Shown here one piece after another: positions 28,998-37,689 of a DNA stretch of 64,000 bases. The stretch covers positions 20,362 through 84,361 of the forward strand of contig DEML01000116.1 in the NCBI GenBank assembly GCA_002359185.1. The letters are read 5' to 3'. The notes under the pieces were generated by a model that saw nothing but the letters and a program-made list of their open reading frames with translations, had not been told where the DNA came from and searched no databases. Within the stretch, counting starts at the first letter, position 1. The number at the start of each line of letters is the position of its first letter. The stretch comes from Planctomycetaceae bacterium UBA2671. GTDB lineage: Bacteria; Planctomycetota; Planctomycetia; Planctomycetales; Planctomycetaceae. Both the position numbers and the translations under genes were made by a program.

Positions 28998-30989
28998 TTA
29001 TTTCTCCTCTGATAATTTTTCACTCAGTGTTTTCAGTTCCTGAAAATTCTCTTTCAGTTCGATCGCTTCATAAGCTGAAATCATTGGAAAGACAGCCGAG
29101 AGATCAAGTTCATAGATTCCGAAATTAACGGAACTGTTATTTCGCGAATTCACGCCTTCAATAGTCAATACTTTTCGCTCGCGGGAACGATTTAAATCCA
29201 ACATGACATGCTCCTGAAAGTTACGAAGACAATTCGAAATTTCACTGGATTGATTGTCGTACCAGCCTCCAAACATGGGGGATTCTTTGACATCGCGGTG
29301 AATAATGCGAGCTGTCATGTCTGAATTCAGGAACATAAACTCGTCATAAGCGACCACATAAGACCAGATTAACTGGCGAACGGAATCGTAATCTCGTTCT
29401 TCTTCAGCCAGTCCGCAAATTGCTGTCATCAATTCCGGTAATTTCTCAACAGAGACCGGATCTCGGGACAATTCCCAGGCTTTATCTTCCAACCATTTTG
29501 CGATGATCCTGGAAGTTGTCATCAATGTCTCGGGATTCCCAAATGGAGCATTATTAAGTGACTCAATTAAAGGTTTAAGCTGGTCATCAAAGTCTGAAGT
29601 CTTGTTTAAGTGCATGCTTGCCAGCCTGGCAGAGGCGAGCGGCCATTCATGAATATTTGGCCGGCCTGGTTTCAGCATTAACTTGCGGGATTGTCTCCAG
29701 GTCCCAGTACGAAGATCGTGATGGCAATTGAAGCAGGCATAATTGGAAAATTCAGGCCAGCTATGAAGCTCAATCGAGGAATCTTCAGCCGTGATCTGAT
29801 GCAGGGGACTGTGAACAGCGGGATCGATGAGATCGGCTGATAATCGCAATTGCTCAGCCATATTCATTAGGCCGCTGACCAACATGATTGTTGTTTGCTC
29901 GGCGACTCTGGATTTGTCGGTGAAGACATTCTCCGTATTGGCTTCGGGAATCACTTTGCTGGCGTAATCAGCTTTCAGTTCTGGAGATTTATCGAAAAAT
30001 CCGTTCCAGTGGGCTGGCTCCTGATTGGAGTAAGTTGCCACTTCCAGATTTGGCAATGGCGGATGCCCGGCTGCATACATCTCGTGAGTAATAATTTTTC
30101 CCTGCCTGACATTTCCAATATGACAGGAAGCACAAATCCGGGCACGGTTCACATAACTGCGAACATCCCATTGCCCCGATTCATATCGTTTTGCAGAATC
30201 GTAATGACGCCAGTTTTCCTCCATCCAGTGCAAATTTCCCCAACCGCGAATGCCATCATTCGCACCTGTTTTTTTATCACCAGCCGGGCCATGGCAACCT
30301 TCGCAACTCACTCCAGCCAGAAGGTTCACACCAAAAGCCTGTTTGAGCGAAGGGGTGTTCTCTGCGGAATTTCCAAGTCCGGCACAAACTGTCACATAAG
30401 TCTGACCAGTCACTTTGCAGTCGTCAGGAAATTCTTTGAGGTAATTTTCAACCGGGATCGAGGAATGGCAAGCCAGGCATCGCAAGTCGTGATGAATTAA
30501 AGATTCACCTTTTTCATCGACGACTCCCAGTAGCCTGGCCATCGACTGGGCCAACCCGCTTTCCAGAGCCACATAAGCCTGGGCATGTTTGTCGAAGGTT
30601 TCCCAGGTGGTCATTTCATTGCCAAGAAACCACCCGTCTGTCGAGGCACGGATGAGATCCTGTCCGATGATCGGATTCTGAGCCGTCGAAGAATCTTCCT
30701 CAATGGACTTCGTGGAAGAGAGTGGTCCACCATGGCATCGTTTGCAGGCTTGCAGTTGTGTCAGCTCATGCCCATTGTAATTGAGAAATTCTCCCTGCTG
30801 ATTTCTCTGTTCGCAAAGTTGATTTACAACAGGATTGATCTCTCCCTGTGCCTCAACCTCGCTGTTGTGAGAGAAAAGAATCATCATCGCAAGCAGGCCT
30901 CCCGATATCAGAATGGAGTATGGCCCGGGAGTCCGCGAATCCAAATTCAATGGTGAATATGACGTATTTGTCATGCTTATCTCTCGCAA
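28998..30989 (-). CDS. Pentaheme c-type cytochrome, paralogue 2
   Basis: 663-aa ORF with an N-terminal signal anchor (YSILISGGLLAMMILF). Heme motifs: CKRCH, CLACH, CEGCH, CASCH, CFNCH. The shared box reads HEMYAAGHPPL. The start is 8 nt downstream of the paralogue 1 stop. Confidence 0.8.
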   Translation of the reverse strand: MREISMTNTSYSPLNLDSRTPGPYSILISGGLLAMMILFSHNSEVEAQGEINPVVNQLCEQRNQQGEFLNYNGHELTQLQACKRCHGGPLSSTKSIEEDSSTAQNPIIGQDLIRASTDGWFLGNEMTTWETFDKHAQAYVALESGLAQSMARLLGVVDEKGESLIHHDLRCLACHSSIPVENYLKEFPDDCKVTGQTYVTVCAGLGNSAENTPSLKQAFGVNLLAGVSCEGCHGPAGDKKTGANDGIRGWGNLHWMEENWRHYDSAKRYESGQWDVRSYVNRARICASCHIGNVRQGKIITHEMYAAGHPPLPNLEVATYSNQEPAHWNGFFDKSPELKADYASKVIPEANTENVFTDKSRVAEQTTIMLVSGLMNMAEQLRLSADLIDPAVHSPLHQITAEDSSIELHSWPEFSNYACFNCHHDLRTGTWRQSRKLMLKPGRPNIHEWPLASARLASMHLNKTSDFDDQLKPLIESLNNAPFGNPETLMTTSRIIAKWLEDKAWELSRDPVSVEKLPELMTAICGLAEEERDYDSVRQLIWSYVVAYDEFMFLNSDMTARIIHRDVKESPMFGGWYDNQSSEISNCLRNFQEHVMLDLNRSRERKVLTIEGVNSRNNSSVNFGIYELDLSAVFPMISAYEAIELKENFQELKTLSEKLSEEK

Positions 30990-30997
30990 TTGGGAAG

Positions 30998-32608
30998 TCA
31001 GTTCAAGGATGGTTGAGTTTCAAGTTTCGAGTCTGGAGTCACATCAGGCGCTTCGGTAGAGAATAGGGCATCCAGTTTTGACAGGATCGATTCCATCAGA
31101 ATCCCGGTTTCTTCATTGGTAAAGTAGCCAGCCGGGCTATGGAATAAATACCTTCGTTCTGCACCAGACGCATCTGGTAGGGCTTCAAAATCCAGTACGT
31201 GTCGAAGCTCATCCAATTCGGTTTCAATTTCTATTTTAAGAGCCGATTGCAATTCCACCTCTGCCAGTAAGTGAGGAATCAAAAGCGTGAATGAAACTGC
31301 TTTTCTCCAACTCAGACGATTCTGTCTCAAATCCTCCCGGATCGTTATCTGAACCGCATCCAGAAATGTTTTGACCTGAGATATTTCAATCTCGTTGCCG
31401 AATGGCGAAGTCAGATTGTCGCTCTGCTGAATTAACTGCATGGCATTCAGGCAGTTTTTGCACGCCTCCATCTTATCGCCCAGATGGCTCCAGTTATGAA
31501 TTTCAAATCCATTTTCAATGGAGGCCAGATTGTTTTTGAGTTGATTAATCTCGCCTGAAATTTCTTGATTGCCGTTCTGAACGATAAAGAAGCTATCCAA
31601 CATGGCAGGGAAAAAATCCTGATAAGGATTTCCCCATTTGGAGCCTTCATGCTGATTGACTTTACTGCGTAAGTCGCGAGAATCCAGTTCGCGATGACAC
31701 GCAAAGCAACTCATCTCTGAAAATTCCATCTGCACGTATCCAGCCGAGTCTGGCTGGAGCCGATATTCGAGCAATTCAAGACTGGCCTGCATGCCATACC
31801 ATTGGCCAATAATCCAATTGGACAGACTCGGGTGATCCTCTTCGTGCTCGTGATTCCAGTGCGGTGAAATGGCATTGGAAAACGCCGAGAAATCAAAATC
31901 GAGTCGAGGATGTCCCGCTCCAATCAAATCGTGATCCACCTCCCGAGAAACAATTCCCAGATCTTCATCACCGGAAGATCCAATATGACAGCTGACACAC
32001 AACTGAACTCTCTGGTCAGGATGCGCAAGCGGAGTCATCCCCGCGCCGCGCATCCTCTTTTCAGCTTTCTCTTCCTGACTGACCGCCCATGTCGGATGAG
32101 CTTGAATCCATTCCCCTTCGACTCCATGACACATCATACATTCCGTATTCTGCGGAATAACTGACAATTCGATTTGCGTCTCAGTCTGTCCAGCAGGAAT
32201 GAGCTGAGGGGCATGACAACTTAAACAGCTCGTCTCGCGAATCGCCTGACGATCATTCTCGTCATAGAGCTTGCTCATAATCTGTTTTGCTAAAGGAGAT
32301 TCCAGGCTGACTAATGCTTCCGTATGAGGATCGACCGCATGCCAGATCACCGCTTCGTTTCGGCTACAACCGACGACCTGGGAATCCGTATTTCGTGGCA
32401 ATTCCTGCCCATGACAACCCGTCGACGAGCACGAACTCATGGCTGAGAAGCGGTAAAAATCTGAAAGCTCCTCACTCTGTGGAATCGCTTCTGCTTTTGA
32501 CACAACCGAGGCGTGAACCTGCTGGGTTTGCTGAGGATCTGCAGTTTTAATGCGATCACATCCCGAGAACGCAAGCAGCAGCGCAAGCTGAAAACAACGA
32601 GTCACCAT
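30998..32608 (-). CDS. Pentaheme c-type cytochrome, paralogue 1 (probable lipoprotein)
   Basis: ORF 30998..32683; the ATG at 32608 gives MVTRCFQLALLLAFSGC, a lipobox-like signal. Heme motifs: CSSTGCH (CX4CH), CLSCH, CMMCH, CVSCH, CFACH. The shared box reads HDLIGAGHPRL. Confidence 0.8.
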   Translation of the reverse strand: MVTRCFQLALLLAFSGCDRIKTADPQQTQQVHASVVSKAEAIPQSEELSDFYRFSAMSSCSSTGCHGQELPRNTDSQVVGCSRNEAVIWHAVDPHTEALVSLESPLAKQIMSKLYDENDRQAIRETSCLSCHAPQLIPAGQTETQIELSVIPQNTECMMCHGVEGEWIQAHPTWAVSQEEKAEKRMRGAGMTPLAHPDQRVQLCVSCHIGSSGDEDLGIVSREVDHDLIGAGHPRLDFDFSAFSNAISPHWNHEHEEDHPSLSNWIIGQWYGMQASLELLEYRLQPDSAGYVQMEFSEMSCFACHRELDSRDLRSKVNQHEGSKWGNPYQDFFPAMLDSFFIVQNGNQEISGEINQLKNNLASIENGFEIHNWSHLGDKMEACKNCLNAMQLIQQSDNLTSPFGNEIEISQVKTFLDAVQITIREDLRQNRLSWRKAVSFTLLIPHLLAEVELQSALKIEIETELDELRHVLDFEALPDASGAERRYLFHSPAGYFTNEETGILMESILSKLDALFSTEAPDVTPDSKLETQPSLN

Positions 32609-32863
32609 CCAGGGCAACAGTATTCGATTCTGGTAGTGAGAATTCACGTCATTCATAACCAGTTCGATGTCTTTACAATACAAAGCAGGGCATGGTTGTA
32701 GAAAAAGTAACTTTGTGAGAAGGAGAACTTGCTGTCACGTTGTCATGTGTTCAGAAAGTAGATCAAAGCATAAATGAGCCGACCTGAGAATGCCAATTAA
32801 AAGCCTGGTAATTCTCTACGATTCAGACGGAATTCGTATTAGTGAGAATACCGGATTTGGAAA

Positions 32864-34783
32864 TCAGTCGGTCAGGAATTCTGGAATCAGTCCCAGAGAC
32901 TCCAATTGTTGCTGCAGCTTCTTCGAGTGCTGAAACATTTGCATTCGGGATTGCCGATGCTCCCGTTCGAGTATATGTTGAGCCGATCGAAACCAGTGGA
33001 TAGCTCGTGATGGAACTTCAGAGCCTTTGAGCGATTGAGAATAATTCTGAGCGTTCTTTTGAAATTCGTTCGGCAACTGTTCGAAGAGTTCATCTTCAAA
33101 CGAGAGGAGGAATTGATAGGAACCAGGTTCTCCCTGACGAGCTGTTCGTCCAATCAACTGCCGGTCAATTCGATTGGAAAAATGCATTTCGCTCAGAATC
33201 ACATGCAATCCCCCTCTGCTCAATACTTCATAATCAACTCGAATATCAGTCCCTCGACCAGCCATGTTGGTGGCAATTGTGACCTGTCCGGGTTGCCCCG
33301 CTTGGGAAATAATTTCTGCTTCCAGTTCATGATTAGCGGCATTGAGCAATTCAAATTCAATACCGGCAGCCTCAAGAACTGCCGCCAGTTCTAACGAACT
33401 TTGTACCGTGGGAGATCCAATCAGGACTGCCCGTTTTTGCTCGACTAACTCCTGAACCACTTTTTGAATCTCGTTGTACTTTTCCGCTCGGGTTTTGAAG
33501 AGCTTCGTTTTAACTTCTTTTCGCTTCGAGGAAAGCCGAGTCGCAATTTGTACGGTTTCCAGTTTGTAATACTGTTCAAATTCTTTTGCGATGGAAGTCG
33601 CAGTTCCTGTCATTCCGCACAGGAATCGATATTTTTGGGCAAGCAGCTGAACGGTCGTTTGAGCCGTGGTGCAGGTTTGTTCGATTTCAGTAAATTCTTC
33701 TTTCATTTCAATGGCCAGTTGCAAACCGCGCTGCCACTTTCGTCCAGGCATCACACGTCCGGTGTTTTGATCAATAATTTCTATCTGATCATTCACAATC
33801 AGATAGTCACGGTCTTTTCGAAAAAAGTGAGATGTCGTCAGGCTGTTTTCCATCGCCACCTGCAGGTCATGCCAGCGATATCCTCCCATCTCTTCAGATT
33901 TCTGCTCTAAGACAAGTTTACTTCGACCCTCCGGCTTGAGTTGGACACGTCTCGACTGAGGATCCAGCGTGTAATCTTTCTCAGGCTCAAATGCAGGCAG
34001 CGTTTCCCGGCACCAGCGATATCTCTCCACTTCTCCTGCATCTGCGGGAATTGCTTCAGCAATGATCAATGGCATGCGGGCCTGATCAATCAAAACACTG
34101 TCCGCCTCATCAATGATCGCAGCGTTCATTTCCGCACGATGCACAGGTCGATCGACAGCTTCCAAATAAATTTCGTCTGATGAGGTTCGGTCAGGCTCTG
34201 ATTCAATTAAGAGGCGATCTTTCAAGTAATCGAAGCCGATCTCCTTTTCTGTGGCGTAGGTCACGTCTCGTGAATAGGCAACTCGACGTGCATCTCGATT
34301 GTCTTGATTTCTGATCACACCGACAGAAATTCCAAGGAGATTAAATATCGGCATAGAAAACTGCTGGTCGCGGACCGCCAGATATTCATTGGCTGTGATC
34401 ACATGACAGCCCCGACCTGAAAGAGCATGCACGTAGGCGGGTAATAAAGCCGTCAGAGTCTTACCTTCTCCCGTCTGCATTTCTATGATGTAACCATCCA
34501 GAAGCGCACGACCAGCCAGCAGTTGATTGAAATAATGTTCCTGCTGATGAACACGTCGGGCGGCTTCGCGCATGATCGCGAATGCCTGCACAACCTCTCT
34601 CGAACCCGCACGCTGTTCAGCAAAAATTTGCTTCAGTTTCAGAGATTCCGATTTCAATTCGGAATCGCTTAGCCCACGCAGTTTTTGAGCAGATCTCAAG
34701 ATCTCGTTGCATTCTTTAAGCCATGTCAACTGCCGTGGAATTCTATGCGGAGAATTATTCAGAATATTCCGGACAATAAACAT
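32864..34783 (-). CDS. Truncated SecA paralogue (NBD1-PPXD-NBD2 motor only, 639 aa)
   Basis: Walker A: MQTGEGKTLTALLPAYVHAL. SecA strings: VITANEYLAVRD, DVTYATEKEIGFDYLKDRL, IIDEADSVLIDQARMPLII, CGMTGTATS, TNMAGRGTDI, IGRTARQGEPGSYQFLLSFEDELF. The protein ends about 70 aa after NBD2, with no long helical scaffold, wing or C-terminal tail. It starts 19 nt after the upstream stop. Confidence 0.85.
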   Translation of the reverse strand: MFIVRNILNNSPHRIPRQLTWLKECNEILRSAQKLRGLSDSELKSESLKLKQIFAEQRAGSREVVQAFAIMREAARRVHQQEHYFNQLLAGRALLDGYIIEMQTGEGKTLTALLPAYVHALSGRGCHVITANEYLAVRDQQFSMPIFNLLGISVGVIRNQDNRDARRVAYSRDVTYATEKEIGFDYLKDRLLIESEPDRTSSDEIYLEAVDRPVHRAEMNAAIIDEADSVLIDQARMPLIIAEAIPADAGEVERYRWCRETLPAFEPEKDYTLDPQSRRVQLKPEGRSKLVLEQKSEEMGGYRWHDLQVAMENSLTTSHFFRKDRDYLIVNDQIEIIDQNTGRVMPGRKWQRGLQLAIEMKEEFTEIEQTCTTAQTTVQLLAQKYRFLCGMTGTATSIAKEFEQYYKLETVQIATRLSSKRKEVKTKLFKTRAEKYNEIQKVVQELVEQKRAVLIGSPTVQSSLELAAVLEAAGIEFELLNAANHELEAEIISQAGQPGQVTIATNMAGRGTDIRVDYEVLSRGGLHVILSEMHFSNRIDRQLIGRTARQGEPGSYQFLLSFEDELFEQLPNEFQKNAQNYSQSLKGSEVPSRAIHWFRSAQHILEREHRQSRMQMFQHSKKLQQQLESLGLIPEFLTD

Positions 34784-34802
34784 GCAGTCTTCTCGAATAA
34801 TT

Positions 34803-37025
34803 TCAGGATCGACGGAGGTAGTTTTTCCAGAGATAGTTGCCGATACGCTCGGCGATTGTGCGTGAAGGATGCTCGATCAGAGCCTGTCCCTGCATTCCAG
34901 CGATCAACGGAAGTTGCTGACGGCTCCAGGAGACTCGAATAACGTATCGTGACAGTTCTGTGTCTGAAGCCGCATTGAATTGCGTTTCTCTGCTCAGCAG
35001 ATTTCTCAGTTCCCAATCCTCACTGGGTTCGTTTTTGAAGGCATGATCAGAAAGAAAACGAACCGTTCCTGAAATGGGAACATCGGGAAATCCCTGCAAC
35101 CGCAGGCTAATTAGCTGCCCGACTCTCAAGGCTTTCTTCTCCTCTTCAGTGACCAGAATAGTAGCGGTGAATTCAGAATCGTCATAGATATTGAGCAGCG
35201 GAGTTTGACGCGCGATATAGGGATGAGATTCTGCTGTGTTGTCAATGTCTCCATCCCAGGATTTGCTTTCGATCCTTTCCTCAAGCGTTTCCGCAATCGG
35301 AATTTCAACGGCGGGGATGACGATCCCGGAGATCGGAGCCAGAACCGTCAGCTTTTCAGCCTCTGCCTCCAGGAGTTTCATTCGTTTACGATGATAATTT
35401 TCCAGTTCACGCGATTGAGCCACTGACTGAGGTTTGGAGAGATGCTCATTGAGAGCTGTGATGACTTTCTGTTTTTCAAGATCTGCTCGCAGGCGAATGC
35501 TTTTTCGCTCATACTGAGAATCCTGTAGCGTTAGAACTTTCTGACCGGCTATGACCGAATGATCTCCATTGCGATCTTCCACTTCAGACAGTACTCCCCC
35601 GGCATCGGCTATCAGAGAGCTTGAAAGTTTGGGAGAGGCGACCAGAGGAGCAGTTGTTCGGTTGGAGAACGGGACCGCGAAAATGAAATAGCCTGACGCT
35701 CCGACGAGCAGGAGCGGAAAAATGAGCCGGGCAGGTCGCATGGAAACATCCTTGTGTTCTTTCATCAGTTGATAAAACGATGTCAGTCCCTGAATAAGCA
35801 TCGTCATCAATCCCTGAACTAATACCACTCGAGAGATCCATCCCAGTTGATACGGTTTTAAGAGATGATACAAAAACTCTGAAATCACAATCAGAATCAG
35901 CATTGTGTAAACAATCGAACAAACGTGGTAGAGCAGATACCAGATCTGTTTCCGTTGCGGTAATTGCGTGTTTCTTCTGAGTGATTTACCAGAAACGATT
36001 TCTGCTATCTGATAGTGAAATAGCTTCTTCGATTTTTCCCGGAGATTGGTCACTCCCAGAAGGTCGGAAAAGACGTAATAGCCATCAAATTTCAGTAATG
36101 GATTCAAATTCACAAGCACAGTACTGCACAATGTCACTCCGATCACATGCGCCATAAAGTCATGGGTAAACCCTGGACCTGTCAGCAACCAGAGCCCAAC
36201 GGCTAAACTTCCCAGAGCGATTTCCGCGTAAATGCCTGCAAGTGAAACTTGAATTCTCGACCAGCGACTCGGCATGCACCACGCATCGGAGACATTACAG
36301 TACAGGCAGGGACTGAAGACAATCATCGCCACGCCAATTTCATGGACTTCGCCACCCAGTAACCGACATCGCAATCCGTGCGACAATTCATGAATTGCTT
36401 TCGTCAACGCCAGCGCCAGCCAGAAACAATAAATCCCCTGACCAGTCGGATGAAAAGCGGTGAATGAAAATTCTGCCCAGAAACGATCCCATTCCCCGAC
36501 TAATGCACCGCACGCAATCAACGCACAACAGGAAAAAAACAGGACCGAGGCTCGTGAGTAGAACCATGCGAAGAAGGGCATCAGCCAATTCAGGAGTGCC
36601 GTGGGATCCCATCCCGGAAGTCGAAAATAGAGGGGATTGATCCCGCTTCTTTTTTTTGCATGGTTTTCTGTATTAAGAGGACTGAGTTCAGGGTCAACCA
36701 CAAGTGCACGGGCCAGTTGTTTCTCGATCAATTCTTTGATCAGTCCCAGCACGTCATGGGTTGTCCAGTGCCGCTCCAGAAAATTCTCGTTCATTTTTTG
36801 AACAAGTCCTGCTAACGGAATTTCCCCGTCCAGTTTCTGCAGCAAAAAATAGAGTTCGGGACGCAACTGATAATACGCCCGGCTCACTGGATCTTTGACA
36901 ATCCAAGTGATGATGTATCCCTCGGATCGTTCAGTGAATTGAAGATCCTTGCGGGCAATTACACGCAAGGCTTTTCCCCGCTTGGCAGTATCTTGAAGCA
37001 TTTTAGGAGGATTATCACGATCCAT
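34803..37025 (-). CDS. Three-part fusion: PqqD/RRE-like N-terminal domain - site-2-protease (M50) membrane domain - HlyD-type periplasmic adaptor
   Basis: 740-aa ORF. M50 motifs: HELSHGLRCRLLGGEVHE and NLNPLLKFDGYY within multiple TM helices. The C-terminal coiled-coil plus barrel-sandwich (KLTVLAPISGIVIPA...) is typical of HlyD adaptors. The N-terminal YYQLRPELYFLLQKLDGEIPLAGLVQKM...VLGLIKELIEKQL resembles PqqD-like peptide-binding domains, but that match is a weak pattern only. Confidence 0.75.
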   Translation of the reverse strand: MDRDNPPKMLQDTAKRGKALRVIARKDLQFTERSEGYIITWIVKDPVSRAYYQLRPELYFLLQKLDGEIPLAGLVQKMNENFLERHWTTHDVLGLIKELIEKQLARALVVDPELSPLNTENHAKKRSGINPLYFRLPGWDPTALLNWLMPFFAWFYSRASVLFFSCCALIACGALVGEWDRFWAEFSFTAFHPTGQGIYCFWLALALTKAIHELSHGLRCRLLGGEVHEIGVAMIVFSPCLYCNVSDAWCMPSRWSRIQVSLAGIYAEIALGSLAVGLWLLTGPGFTHDFMAHVIGVTLCSTVLVNLNPLLKFDGYYVFSDLLGVTNLREKSKKLFHYQIAEIVSGKSLRRNTQLPQRKQIWYLLYHVCSIVYTMLILIVISEFLYHLLKPYQLGWISRVVLVQGLMTMLIQGLTSFYQLMKEHKDVSMRPARLIFPLLLVGASGYFIFAVPFSNRTTAPLVASPKLSSSLIADAGGVLSEVEDRNGDHSVIAGQKVLTLQDSQYERKSIRLRADLEKQKVITALNEHLSKPQSVAQSRELENYHRKRMKLLEAEAEKLTVLAPISGIVIPAVEIPIAETLEERIESKSWDGDIDNTAESHPYIARQTPLLNIYDDSEFTATILVTEEEKKALRVGQLISLRLQGFPDVPISGTVRFLSDHAFKNEPSEDWELRNLLSRETQFNAASDTELSRYVIRVSWSRQQLPLIAGMQGQALIEHPSRTIAERIGNYLWKNYLRRS

Positions 37026-37152
37026 CTACAGTCCGGCTGTCCAGGGATTTCTAAACATGTAAGGAGTGGGAATCCATCAAACAGAGGCATTCCCGGACGG
37101 GATTGTAGTGCGATTCCGCGAACCATCGCTATAGCATTATAAACATCGAATC

Positions 37153-37177
37153 GCCTGATTTTCAGGAGCAATCAGGC
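37153..37177 (-). terminator. Hairpin downstream of the small secreted-protein gene
   Basis: Perfect 8-bp stem GCCTGATT / AATCAGGC with a 9-nt loop. It is followed on the minus-strand transcript by GAUUCGAUGUUUAUAAUG, which is moderately U-rich. It separates 37267..37689 from the M50-HlyD operon. Confidence 0.3.
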
Positions 37178-37266
37178 TTCGAGAGTGACCAGTCCTTCCG
37201 TGGAAGCGGTACTCAAAAACTTGCACGAGAAGTTACAACTGGGATTGTTAGCAAGAAATGGACTTC

Positions 37267-37689
37267 TTAATGCCCTTGCCCGAAATGCAGGTTTTCGCCC
37301 CGCATGTGCGAATTTTTGAAGGGGTGATTCTTATGATCCGGCTCATATAACCCGCGACCATCCTGATATCTGTAGCCATGCGACCAGTTTAGTACGACTC
37401 GGGAATACCAGGGCACATAGTCGACCCCAAAGGTCCCTTCATGTTCATATCGCGGTTGACCATGCTTGGATGGGGTCCCCCCCCCAACATAGTAGCAGCC
37501 GTAAGAGTCGTCATATCCACATGTTGCGCGACCACGCACATAATTGGCATTTCCTGCTTCCCGCATCGCAACGGGATCTTTGGCTGGATATTTCATCCAC
37601 CAGTCTTTAGCCGTCGCAGGTTCTGAGGCGAACAAAACAGGCATCAGGCATGCGAATGCAAAAATGTGTAATCTCTTCTGAGAACGCAT
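37267..37689 (-). CDS. Small secreted protein (140 aa, rich in Gly/Tyr/His/Trp) of unknown function
   Basis: Signal peptide MRSQKRLHIFAFACLMPVLFASEPATA. No recognisable domain. Contains the G9 tract listed separately. Confidence 0.6.
   Translation of the reverse strand: MRSQKRLHIFAFACLMPVLFASEPATAKDWWMKYPAKDPVAMREAGNANYVRGRATCGYDDSYGCYYVGGGTPSKHGQPRYEHEGTFGVDYVPWYSRVVLNWSHGYRYQDGRGLYEPDHKNHPFKNSHMRGENLHFGQGH
37477..37485 (-). repeat. Homopolymeric G9 tract (C9 on the + strand) inside the small secreted-protein CDS
   Basis: Counted directly in ...tggggt ccccccccc aacat.... On the coding strand this reads GTT GGG GGG GGG ACC, encoding V-G-G-G-T. Confidence 0.9.
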
